Numbered from the stretch's first letter, positions 25,542 through 34,085 are shown. The stretch is DNA of 41,002 nt from Cryomorphaceae bacterium (GCA_042091575.1 JBELHE010000001.1:1-41002), one strand, 5' to 3'. The notes: generated by a model not told the origin, from the letters alone. Program-made: numbers and translations.

Positions 25542-26654
25542 TTATTGTTCATTAAAATATTGAATTTTAATGTGTGAAGAATTAAAGTCACCTTTAATAT
25601 CCTTTACTAGTACAGGCTCGTCATATTCTTCATAAGTTCCATCATACCTATGTATAACCTTTGAATTTAATGCATAGACTCTACCAGTGATTATTTTGTT
25701 TAAAGAATCAAAGTTTTGAAGCATTTGTTTTGATGTAATTAAGTCCTTTTCTACATAACCACTACTTCCAATTAATAAGCTATCTTGGGCAAAATGGGTA
25801 AATTCATACCTATGGATTATCTCAGGGAGGTAGTTTTCACTTTTATAGTTCGTATTATTAAAACCTGAAAAAAGAATCAATTTACCCTTTGGTTTTAATA
25901 ACCTAGTACACTCCTCAAATCCTGATGAGCTTGAACATGCCATAACAGTGATGTCAAATTGGTCTCTTACAGAATTATCTAAAATATTTATGTTTGGAAA
26001 TTCTTTAAATATGTCTTTTAAGATTTCCCTCTTCCCATCTGAAGACTCAATAATAAAAATTTTATTTTTATTATTAATTTGATGTAAGTAAAGTGCATGA
26101 AGGCATCCTATTGGACCTCCACCTAATATACCAATAGAAAAATTATTATTTACAATATCTGCTTTTGAAAGGTTCCATGACCTAATTACACATGATAAAG
26201 GCTCTAAAAAAGAGGATAGTTCAAGTTTTATATCAGACACATCATATAGTTGACTCCTACTCACAAACATCATATCACTGAATCCACTTGGCTCGTTATT
26301 ATCTAGACCTGCATGCCTCATTTTTGTACATAAATTTTCAATTTGATTTTCACACGAGATACATTTTTGTATATCATTTCTAGTCAGGCAATTAGAATGT
26401 GGTAAAAGTGCATATTTTTTTTTAGGATAGCTTTCATCGCTTATATACCCTACAGCTTCATGGCCTCCAATAAAAGGTTTGTCATCAGCAGCTGACTTAG
26501 TGAGATTATATCTTCTTCTCTCTGAATTACAAACAGATGAAACTGCCCAGTCAACTTTGATGTCAGACTTATTTTTTTTAGATATTAAAATATCTTTAAA
26601 AAATACTTTTTTTAGTGGCTCAATGACCAATGCATTAACTTTTAATTTATTCAC
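25542..26654 (-). CDS. Zinc-type medium-chain alcohol/sugar dehydrogenase (MDR family)
   Basis: 370 aa. It has 'FIGGHEAVGYI' (GHE motif), a Cys cluster 'CISCENQIENLC' at the structural-Zn lobe position, and 'ILGGGPIGCLHALYL' (Rossmann). Confidence 0.75.
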   Translation of the reverse strand: MNKLKVNALVIEPLKKVFFKDILISKKNKSDIKVDWAVSSVCNSERRRYNLTKSAADDKPFIGGHEAVGYISDESYPKKKYALLPHSNCLTRNDIQKCISCENQIENLCTKMRHAGLDNNEPSGFSDMMFVSRSQLYDVSDIKLELSSFLEPLSCVIRSWNLSKADIVNNNFSIGILGGGPIGCLHALYLHQINNKNKIFIIESSDGKREILKDIFKEFPNINILDNSVRDQFDITVMACSSSSGFEECTRLLKPKGKLILFSGFNNTNYKSENYLPEIIHRYEFTHFAQDSLLIGSSGYVEKDLITSKQMLQNFDSLNKIITGRVYALNSKVIHRYDGTYEEYDEPVLVKDIKGDFNSSHIKIQYFNEQ

Positions 26655-27711
26655 TTTTGATATTATCTATTATAGTTTGAGTATAATTACCATCACTAAA
26701 TTTGGCAATCTTTATACTTGAAAAATCCTTATCAGAAATTTCTTTGACAAAATGGTATAAACAATCAACATGTGCCCTTAACCATCCCGACGTTACCTTG
26801 GGTGGCGGAAAGTCTGATGCGGATTCTTTATCAAAAAAAGCAGGTAATTTTTTAAAGCCTTTTTCTGGAGATTTTACATTATAGTATTCGTAAAAATTAA
26901 GGTTTTCTAAATTCCATTTTACAGCACCTAAAGAACCATGTATTTCAAGTCTAAGTTCGTCAATTGTCCCTGTTGATATTCTTGAGACCTCAATGAAACC
27001 ATCCACATTATCCTTATCTGTTTCACAAAAAATCCAAGAAAAATCATCAACACTTCTGTCTTTAATTTTAGTTTTTAATTTTTTACTTGTAATTCTGAAG
27101 TTTCCAAATAGAAAATATGCTAAATCAAAAACATGAGGACCCAGATCAATTAATGCTCCTCCTGTATTTTGTTTAAGTCTCCAAGTTATTGGTCTATTCT
27201 CTATATAACTCCCATGTAAATATGAAATTCTAAATTTAAAAATTTTTCCAAGTATTCCATCTGAAATCATTTCTTTGATTTTTGATATTGCAGGTATAAA
27301 CCTATATTGAAAAACTACATTAGAAATATATCTTTTGTTTTTATTGGCAATTTGTAGCATTTTTTCAGATTCAGATTTATTTAAACCAATAGGTTTGTCG
27401 CAAAGCACATGTTTTTTTGATTCAATAGCTAACCTGTAATGTTTGTAATGCAAATCATTTGGTGTGCCAATATATACAGCATCAATAGATTCATCATTTA
27501 AAATATCGTTAATATCTATAGTCACATTTTCAATATTGTATCTATTTTTAATTCTTTTTATATCATCCAGAGATTTTTTATCAGATAACAACAAACTTTT
27601 TACTACAACCCCAGGTATATCTGGATAAAAGTCATTCAATACTTTCGATGCGTGTAAATATGTCTTACCCATAAAACCAAAACCAAAAACTGCTATGTTA
27701 AGTTTTTTCAT
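26647..27711 (-). CDS. Gfo/Idh/MocA-family NAD(P)-dependent oxidoreductase
   Basis: 354 aa with 'LNIAVFGFGFMGKTYLHA', 'DAVYIGTPNDLHY' and 'HVLCDKPIG' (the EKP-like motif). Confidence 0.85.
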   Translation of the reverse strand: MKKLNIAVFGFGFMGKTYLHASKVLNDFYPDIPGVVVKSLLLSDKKSLDDIKRIKNRYNIENVTIDINDILNDESIDAVYIGTPNDLHYKHYRLAIESKKHVLCDKPIGLNKSESEKMLQIANKNKRYISNVVFQYRFIPAISKIKEMISDGILGKIFKFRISYLHGSYIENRPITWRLKQNTGGALIDLGPHVFDLAYFLFGNFRITSKKLKTKIKDRSVDDFSWIFCETDKDNVDGFIEVSRISTGTIDELRLEIHGSLGAVKWNLENLNFYEYYNVKSPEKGFKKLPAFFDKESASDFPPPKVTSGWLRAHVDCLYHFVKEISDKDFSSIKIAKFSDGNYTQTIIDNIKSE

Positions 27712-27713
27712 AA

Positions 27714-28604
27714 TTATCTTCCTTTTGTTCTAGATAAAGTTTTTAATTCAAAATCATAAATTTTTTTATTTCCATCTCCAAGTGCAAGCTCAAAATCTTT
27801 AATAGAGTTAATCATAATTTGCATCCCTCTCGGTTCCAATGACATTGCTTGATCTGTACCCCACATGGCTCTATCTAAGGTTACATGGACTTCAGTAATA
27901 TTAGAACCATAAGCAACTGACATTGCCGTTATTAAAGGAGATGTGTGATGAGATGAAAATCCAACAGGTAATTTAAACCGAGATTTTAACTCTTTAATTA
28001 CTTTCAAATTAAGTTTATCACTTGGGCATGGGTATATACTTGTACATTGCATCAATGCAATCTTTGAATCTTTTAAATTTTTTAATATTTCAGAAATTTT
28101 ATTTAAATCTGTTCCACCTGTTGATATAATCAATGGAATTTTAACTTTCTTCAAATATTGGATGAAATTTTCATCAGAACATTTATCAGAAGGCACTTTT
28201 AAAAAAGGAATATTATAGTTAGTAAGAAAATCTATTGACTCTATATCCCATGCAGAAGCAGACCAATCAATTTTAAGTTTTTTGCAATAATCATCAATCT
28301 CATCATAATCAGATTTAGACAATTCAATCCTTTTTTTATAATCAAAATATGTCATTTCACCCCAAGGTGTCATTCTTAAATTATTTCTTTTATTTTCTGG
28401 AACACATAACTCTGGAACTCTTTTTTGAAATTTAACACAATCAAAACCAATTTCACTACTTATCATGATAAGTTCTTTTGCAAGCTTTATGTCACCATTG
28501 TGATTAATGCCAATTTCAGCAATATTATATGACTTTTCATTACCTGCTTGAAAAATGTTATTGAAACTAAATTGATCTCTGTTTTTTTTATTTATGTAAC
28601 TCAT
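27714..28604 (-). CDS. NeuB-family ulosonate synthase, short form without SAF domain
   Basis: 296 aa. It has the 'YNIAEIGINHNGDIKLAKELIMISSEIGFDCVKFQKR' NeuB signature. The protein ends about 50 aa earlier than 20446..21507 and has no SAF-like tail. Confidence 0.85.
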   Translation of the reverse strand: MSYINKKNRDQFSFNNIFQAGNEKSYNIAEIGINHNGDIKLAKELIMISSEIGFDCVKFQKRVPELCVPENKRNNLRMTPWGEMTYFDYKKRIELSKSDYDEIDDYCKKLKIDWSASAWDIESIDFLTNYNIPFLKVPSDKCSDENFIQYLKKVKIPLIISTGGTDLNKISEILKNLKDSKIALMQCTSIYPCPSDKLNLKVIKELKSRFKLPVGFSSHHTSPLITAMSVAYGSNITEVHVTLDRAMWGTDQAMSLEPRGMQIMINSIKDFELALGDGNKKIYDFELKTLSRTKGR

Positions 28605-28614
28605 AACTTATATT

Positions 28615-29310
28615 TTATTGTATTTTAAACTTTGATTCTGCAATTCTCCAGTCTTCGTCAGAATCAATGTCTACTACCTCATTATTTTTCAAAATTAGAG
28701 GAATTATTTTTTTTCCTGATACTGAGCCAGACATTACAGTTTCTCTTCTAATAATTTCTAAGTCTCCTGCAGAGTAGAAAGTTTCTGGTAATTTTTGTCT
28801 AGGTATATTGTAGGGTTCTAGAATATTTTTTTCATAACCTTGAATATAGTCTCCCTTTGGTTCCCAGTGCCTGTAGGGGTGTTGTTCTGACACTGAAACC
28901 GCTTTTAATGAAGAGGCATTAGAATCATTTTGAATCATTTCCAACCCTTTTTCAATCAAATTAGAAGGTCTTAAAGGAGAAGTAGGTCTTAACAAAATAA
29001 TAATGTGAAATTTCAAGTCATATAATTTTTCACAATTAATTAGAGCATGATAAATAAAATCATAATCTTGTGAAATATCTTGTGAAATATCTTTAGGTCT
29101 GAGAAAGGGTACCTCCCCACCATACTTCTTGGCGATTGCTGCATATCGTCTTGAATCTGTAGATATTACAGTTTTTGTAATTAACTTACATGATTTAGCA
29201 TACTCAATTGTATGGGCAATAAGAGGTCGATCAACAAAGATCTTAATATTTTTATCTTTAATTTCTTTACTACCTGACCTTGCTGGAATTACACATAAGA
29301 TATTTTCCAT
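28615..29310 (-). CDS. neuA: Acylneuraminate cytidylyltransferase (CMP-ulosonate synthetase, NeuA type)
   Basis: 'MENILCVIPARSGSKEIKDKNIKIFVDRPLIAHTIEYA' is the canonical NeuA N-terminus. I start it at the ATG at 29310 (Met15 of the track ORF). That leaves a 10-nt gap to the upstream gene, whereas the track start at 29352 gives a 32-nt overlap. Confidence 0.85.
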   Translation of the reverse strand: MENILCVIPARSGSKEIKDKNIKIFVDRPLIAHTIEYAKSCKLITKTVISTDSRRYAAIAKKYGGEVPFLRPKDISQDISQDYDFIYHALINCEKLYDLKFHIIILLRPTSPLRPSNLIEKGLEMIQNDSNASSLKAVSVSEQHPYRHWEPKGDYIQGYEKNILEPYNIPRQKLPETFYSAGDLEIIRRETVMSGSVSGKKIIPLILKNNEVVDIDSDEDWRIAESKFKIQ

Positions 29311-29320
29311 ATTTGAATAA

Positions 29321-29608
29321 TTATATTTCTTCAATTCTTTTGGTTTTATCACAAATTAAAAGATCGTAAGGGGGCTTTTCTCCAACCGATAGATGGTGAA
29401 ATTCACATCCCCATAATTTTAACTGATTAAAAGTTAACTGATAATAATCTTTTTTTGATACTGACCCTCTAGCAGTCCAATAGGTTATCCTATTATTTTT
29501 ATAAAGAGTGTTTATTTTCATAATATTTTCTTTTATGGGCACTGAATTTTCATAATCGAGGCCTTTAGTTATACATATAGTATTATCTATATCCACATAA
29601 ATGTTCAT
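29321..29608 (-). CDS. Minimal capless HAD-superfamily phosphatase (capsule-biosynthesis phosphatase-like)
   Basis: 95 aa. All four HAD motifs can be placed: 'YVDIDNTI' (DxDxT), 'YWTARG' (Thr), 'GEKPPYD' (Lys) and 'LLICDK' (acidic). The layout resembles small sugar-phosphate phosphatases found in capsule loci. Confidence 0.55.
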   Translation of the reverse strand: MNIYVDIDNTICITKGLDYENSVPIKENIMKINTLYKNNRITYWTARGSVSKKDYYQLTFNQLKLWGCEFHHLSVGEKPPYDLLICDKTKRIEEI

Positions 29609-31404
29609 AAACTTTGGATTTGAGTTAGTCTTTTAAAAGTTGATCTTGATCTTGATTTTAATTCATTAAATGTTCCTGAATCAAGGATTTTTCCTTCATC
29701 TATTAGATAAATCTTATCAACATTTCTGATGGTAGAAAGTCTGTGCGCTATAATGATAAGAGTTGTTCTCCCTTGTAGCTCATTAATGCTCTGTTGAATT
29801 TTATTTTCAGATTCTGAATCTAATGAGCTAGTAGCCTCGTCTAAAATTAACACACTTGGATTTCTGTAAAGTTCTCTTGCGATGAATATTCTCTGCTTTT
29901 GACCACCTGAAAGTAAGACTCCTCTATCTCCAATTTTTGTTTCTAAACCTTCAGGTAGGGAGTCAATAAAATCTATAATGTTAGCTTTAATTGCAGCTTT
30001 TCTTATCTTGTCTAATGATTCTTTCTTATTATTTCCTTGCCACATTGAGATATTATTCGCTATGGTATCATCAAAGATTATATTGTCCTGTGAAACATAC
30101 CCGATTTGATCTCTCCAGGTTGAAATTTTTATATTAGAAAGTGATACTCCGTCTATTAATAATGTTCCTTTAGTGGGTTGTATTACATATGAAAGTAAAT
30201 CAACAATTGTTGTTTTTCCTGAGCCTGATTTGCCAATTAAAGCAATTGATTTTTTATATGGAATTTCTAGATTAATAGAGTCTAAAATAATTTTTGATTC
30301 TTCATTATAACTGAATGTAACATTTTTAAATATGATTTTATTTTTAAAGCCATGTAAAGATTTATTTCCATCATTGAATTGATTTTTTTCCTGATTTTGA
30401 AATTCTTTATCTACCAATTCCATACTTCCTATTGTATCAAAAGTTGCTTGAAATGCAGCTTGAAATGCCAAAGTTGAATTTAAAGCTCTATAAAATAATG
30501 CAATTGAAACAAAAATAGGTTCGAGATTTAAGCTAAACACAACTAACTGAACATATACAATTAACATAATTAAAACTACTGCAATAGGCTCTCTTAATGA
30601 TGTTGTAAAGGCACTTGCTATTCCAGATTTAATTTGATTATTTGTCAAAATGGATATAGAATTATTAATATTAAAATCGAACTTACTAATTTGATTTGTC
30701 GCGGATAAGTATTTAAAACCATAGAGAAATTGAATCAACGATTTTGTGAGAGATCCATTTTCTTTTGCAGTTTCCCTTGACAAGTTTTGGACAAAAGAAT
30801 TTAATCTCATAAATAACAATACTAATATGACACCAACAATTAGTGACATTATTCCAAATGAGAATGCCATTGTAAAAGCTAAAGTTATAAGAACTGTAGT
30901 ATTGATTAGATGTGATCCTAAATTTGTTAACTGCATAAAAGCCAAAAGTGATCTTGTTGGCTGTTCATTTATTACATTAATAAATTCTCCTGTATTCTTT
31001 GATGTATAGTACTTATAAGTCATGGAAGAATATAAATTATATATTTTCACTTTAATCTCTTTTAGAAGTTGACCCAAAAGATTTGCCTTATATCCAAGTG
31101 CAAAAAAAGTCATTAAACCTTTTAAAATAAACGCACAGCTAATTAGCAATAAAATAGAAGTAATTGATTCAGATAAGCCAATGAAACTTAGAATCCTTGA
31201 TAATATATCATTAATGAAATGACTCTCTTGTTGAACCCCTGAACTATCTAGGGACTCTAAGAGTGGTAATAGCATTAAAATTCCAATACCCTCAAAAACT
31301 GAAGCAATTATCCCAAGTATGAAAACTATATAAATTCTCATACCTAAATATTTTTCAAATATTTTTAGGTAATCAACTATATCATATAGAGGTTTAAACA
31401 TCAT
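29605..31404 (-). CDS. Fused TMD-NBD ABC exporter (MsbA/PglK-like half transporter)
   Basis: 599 aa. The N-terminal half has six hydrophobic segments. The NBD carries Walker A 'GKSGSGKTT', signature 'LSGGQKQR', Walker B 'LILDEATSSLD' and H-loop 'IIIAHRLST'. Confidence 0.9.
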   Translation of the reverse strand: MMFKPLYDIVDYLKIFEKYLGMRIYIVFILGIIASVFEGIGILMLLPLLESLDSSGVQQESHFINDILSRILSFIGLSESITSILLLISCAFILKGLMTFFALGYKANLLGQLLKEIKVKIYNLYSSMTYKYYTSKNTGEFINVINEQPTRSLLAFMQLTNLGSHLINTTVLITLAFTMAFSFGIMSLIVGVILVLLFMRLNSFVQNLSRETAKENGSLTKSLIQFLYGFKYLSATNQISKFDFNINNSISILTNNQIKSGIASAFTTSLREPIAVVLIMLIVYVQLVVFSLNLEPIFVSIALFYRALNSTLAFQAAFQATFDTIGSMELVDKEFQNQEKNQFNDGNKSLHGFKNKIIFKNVTFSYNEESKIILDSINLEIPYKKSIALIGKSGSGKTTIVDLLSYVIQPTKGTLLIDGVSLSNIKISTWRDQIGYVSQDNIIFDDTIANNISMWQGNNKKESLDKIRKAAIKANIIDFIDSLPEGLETKIGDRGVLLSGGQKQRIFIARELYRNPSVLILDEATSSLDSESENKIQQSINELQGRTTLIIIAHRLSTIRNVDKIYLIDEGKILDSGTFNELKSRSRSTFKRLTQIQSL

Positions 31405-32663
31405 AATCTTTTTGTAACTATTTTTTTATCAAGAACCCCTTTTAAGTCATACACTATATTAAAAGTTTTTGATTTTAATTTATCAAAATCAATGTTAACG
31501 AAGCAATCATGAGCTACAGCTATTATAATTATATTATATTCTTTAGCCGGTAAAGTTGTGTGAATCTCTACATCAAATTCATTTTTAAAGGATTCTTTAT
31601 CAATCCATGGATCATATATATCTGAATCAATATCATTATTATTAAGAGTATTAAAAATATCTAACACTTTAGTATTCCTAAAATCTGGACAATTCTCTTT
31701 AAAAGTAACTCCTAATATCAATGCATTTTTAATTTTTTCAGGGCAATTACTTATTAATTCCAAAATTTGATTAGAAACAAATATTCCCATATCATCATTA
31801 ACTTTTCTTCCTGCCAAAATTATTTCAGGATGATATCCAACTTCCTTTGCTTTGCTAGCAAGATAATATGGATCAACCCCAATACAATGACCTCCAACTA
31901 AGCCTGGTCTGAAATTTAAAAAATTCCATTTTGTAGAAGCTGCATCTAGAACTTCATTAGTATCAATTTCCATTCTGCTAAAAATTCTAGCAAGCTCATT
32001 AATAAATGCAATATTAATATCTCTTTGAGTATTTTCAATTACTTTAGCAGCCTCCGCAACTTTTATTGATGGAGCCATGTATGTTCCAGCTGAGATTACA
32101 GATGAATATAATTTGTCTATAATCTTTGAGGTTGACTTATCTGAACCTGATGTTACTTTAACTATTTTATCAATAGTGTGTTCTCTGTCTCCCGGGTTAA
32201 CTCTTTCTGGTGAATAACCACAATGAAAATCAATATTGTATTTTAATTTACTTTCCTTTTCAAGAATTGGGACACATACTTCTTCTGTACATCCAGGGAA
32301 AACAGTACTTTCAAAAACTATAATATTTTCCTTTGAAATTAAACCCCCAACCAATTTAGTTGCATTTTTAAGTATCGTCAGATCAGGATTCTTATTACTA
32401 TCTATAGGAGTTGGAACTGTAATTATATAAATATCTGCATGCTTAATTAACTTTAGGTCACTAGTAATAATTAGATTCTCATTTAAACATTTCTCAAGCA
32501 TTTTAGATTCTATCTCATTAGTTTTATCTATAAAGTTATTTAATTGAGTTACTCTATCGATATTATTATCATAACCGATTACTTTATATTTTTTTGAGAA
32601 TACAACTGATAGTGGAAGCCCAACATATCCAAGACCAATAATAGAGATTGTAGGATTTTTCAT
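31401..32663 (-). CDS. Nucleotide-sugar 6-dehydrogenase, UDP-N-acetylhexosamine type (TviB/WbpO/WecC-like)
   Basis: 420 aa with 'ISIIGLGYVGLPLSVVF' and the catalytic Cys block 'GLVGGHCIGVDPYYL'. The size and motifs fit the UDP-GlcNAc/GalNAc/ManNAc dehydrogenase group. Confidence 0.8.
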   Translation of the reverse strand: MKNPTISIIGLGYVGLPLSVVFSKKYKVIGYDNNIDRVTQLNNFIDKTNEIESKMLEKCLNENLIITSDLKLIKHADIYIITVPTPIDSNKNPDLTILKNATKLVGGLISKENIIVFESTVFPGCTEEVCVPILEKESKLKYNIDFHCGYSPERVNPGDREHTIDKIVKVTSGSDKSTSKIIDKLYSSVISAGTYMAPSIKVAEAAKVIENTQRDINIAFINELARIFSRMEIDTNEVLDAASTKWNFLNFRPGLVGGHCIGVDPYYLASKAKEVGYHPEIILAGRKVNDDMGIFVSNQILELISNCPEKIKNALILGVTFKENCPDFRNTKVLDIFNTLNNNDIDSDIYDPWIDKESFKNEFDVEIHTTLPAKEYNIIIIAVAHDCFVNIDFDKLKSKTFNIVYDLKGVLDKKIVTKRL

Positions 32664-34081
32664 GATTTTCCTATTATAAAAGTTTTAAACCCTAGTTTTA
32701 ATAACTGATCATTATCAATAATATTTCTTCCATCAAAAATCCAAGAAGGGTTTTTCATAGAAGCATATATTTGAGTCCAATTTAATGTCTTAAACTCATC
32801 CCATTCAGTACAAATAATTATAGCCGAAGAATTTAAAGAAGCATCATATGCTGAACTAAACACATTTAAATTAGAAGACTTTTTATTAATTTTTAAATTA
32901 TTTGAATCCGAATTATTAAATAAATTTTCAATGTCAGTGAAAATTTTATTTTTATTTACCATTGGATCGTACACATTAACTTGAACTCCTATCTGAAGTA
33001 ACTGCTTTGTCAAATATATTGAAGCTGATTCTCTAGAATCATTTGTATTTTTTTTAAAAGCCCATCCAAGAATGCATATTGATCTCTTTATTTTTGATCT
33101 AAGATTTAAAGCATCACAAACTTTATCAAATATTCTGTTAGTTTGATAATTATTTAGATCAATAACCTGTTGCCAATAATTTGCTACCATTTTTAGACCA
33201 TAATACTCAGAAATATATACCAGATTCAAAATATCCTTTTTGAAACAACTGCCACCAAAACCTATTGATGATGTTAAAAATTTATTTCCTATTCTAGAGT
33301 CCATTCCAACAGCTTTTGATACCTCCTCAATATCAGCACCTGTTTTTTCACATATTGCAGAGATAGAGTTAATGGAGGATATTCTTTGCGCTAAAAATGC
33401 ATTTGATACCAGCTTTGATAATTCTGAAGACCATATATTAGTAGTTAGAATCTTTTCTTTTGGAATCCATTTTTTATAAAGTTCAACTAATAGTTGTGTG
33501 GCCTCCTTTCCACTCTCTGAATTATCACCTCCAATTAACACTCTATCAGGTTTAAGCAGATCATTTATTGCAGTACCTTCAGCTAAAAACTCTGGATTTG
33601 ATAGAATCTCAAATTTTATCTCTTTGTCACTATTATGTGTATTTAATACTTCTTTAATTTTTTCTGCAGTTCTTACAGGTAATGTTGACTTTTCAACCAC
33701 AATTTTATTTTTATTTGCTACTTCACCAATCCTTTTCGCACAACTTTCTACAAACCTAAGATCAGCTGCCATTCCTTTACCTTCACCTTGAGTCTTAGTG
33801 GGAGTATTAACAGACATAAAAATCATTTCAGATTTTTTTATTGCTTCATCAATGTCTGTCGAAAAAAATAAATTTTTATTTCTTGTTTGGGCAATAATTT
33901 CTTTGAGTCCTGGCTCATACACTGGTAGTTTTTTTAGGTCATTATTATTCCAAGCATTAATTTTTTCCTCACTTATATCTACAACTATAAAATTTATATC
34001 AGGACATTTTAATGCAAAAACAGACATAGTAGGTCCACCGACATAACCCGCGCCAATACAACAAATGTTTTTTATTTTCAT
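32660..34081 (-). CDS. ugd: UDP-glucose 6-dehydrogenase, long eukaryote-like form
   Basis: 473 aa. 'ICCIGAGYVGGPTMSVFALKCPDINFIVVD', 'LPVYEPGL' and 'GFGGSCFKKDI' (catalytic Cys) closely follow the eukaryote-type UGDH pattern. Confidence 0.9.
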   Translation of the reverse strand: MKIKNICCIGAGYVGGPTMSVFALKCPDINFIVVDISEEKINAWNNNDLKKLPVYEPGLKEIIAQTRNKNLFFSTDIDEAIKKSEMIFMSVNTPTKTQGEGKGMAADLRFVESCAKRIGEVANKNKIVVEKSTLPVRTAEKIKEVLNTHNSDKEIKFEILSNPEFLAEGTAINDLLKPDRVLIGGDNSESGKEATQLLVELYKKWIPKEKILTTNIWSSELSKLVSNAFLAQRISSINSISAICEKTGADIEEVSKAVGMDSRIGNKFLTSSIGFGGSCFKKDILNLVYISEYYGLKMVANYWQQVIDLNNYQTNRIFDKVCDALNLRSKIKRSICILGWAFKKNTNDSRESASIYLTKQLLQIGVQVNVYDPMVNKNKIFTDIENLFNNSDSNNLKINKKSSNLNVFSSAYDASLNSSAIIICTEWDEFKTLNWTQIYASMKNPSWIFDGRNIIDNDQLLKLGFKTFIIGKS

Positions 34082-34085
34082 TACA

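Noticed and set aside
29311-29352. The longer NeuA start at 29352 given by the ORF track (adds MIKPKELKKYNYSN).
   Set aside because: The canonical NeuA N-terminus 'M..I..IPARSGSK' begins at the internal ATG at 29310. Using it removes a 32-nt overlap with the HAD gene. The upstream extension has no counterpart in the family as I know it. The longer start is not excluded experimentally.
33240-34046. Three consecutive antisense ORFs (79, 97 and 82 aa) opposite the UDP-glucose dehydrogenase gene. I considered them as a possible overlapping gene or a disrupted plus-strand gene.
   Set aside because: They are in different frames and separated by stops. They sit opposite one of the most conserved genes in the window, and their sequences carry no domain signature. 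They are best explained as chance open frames.
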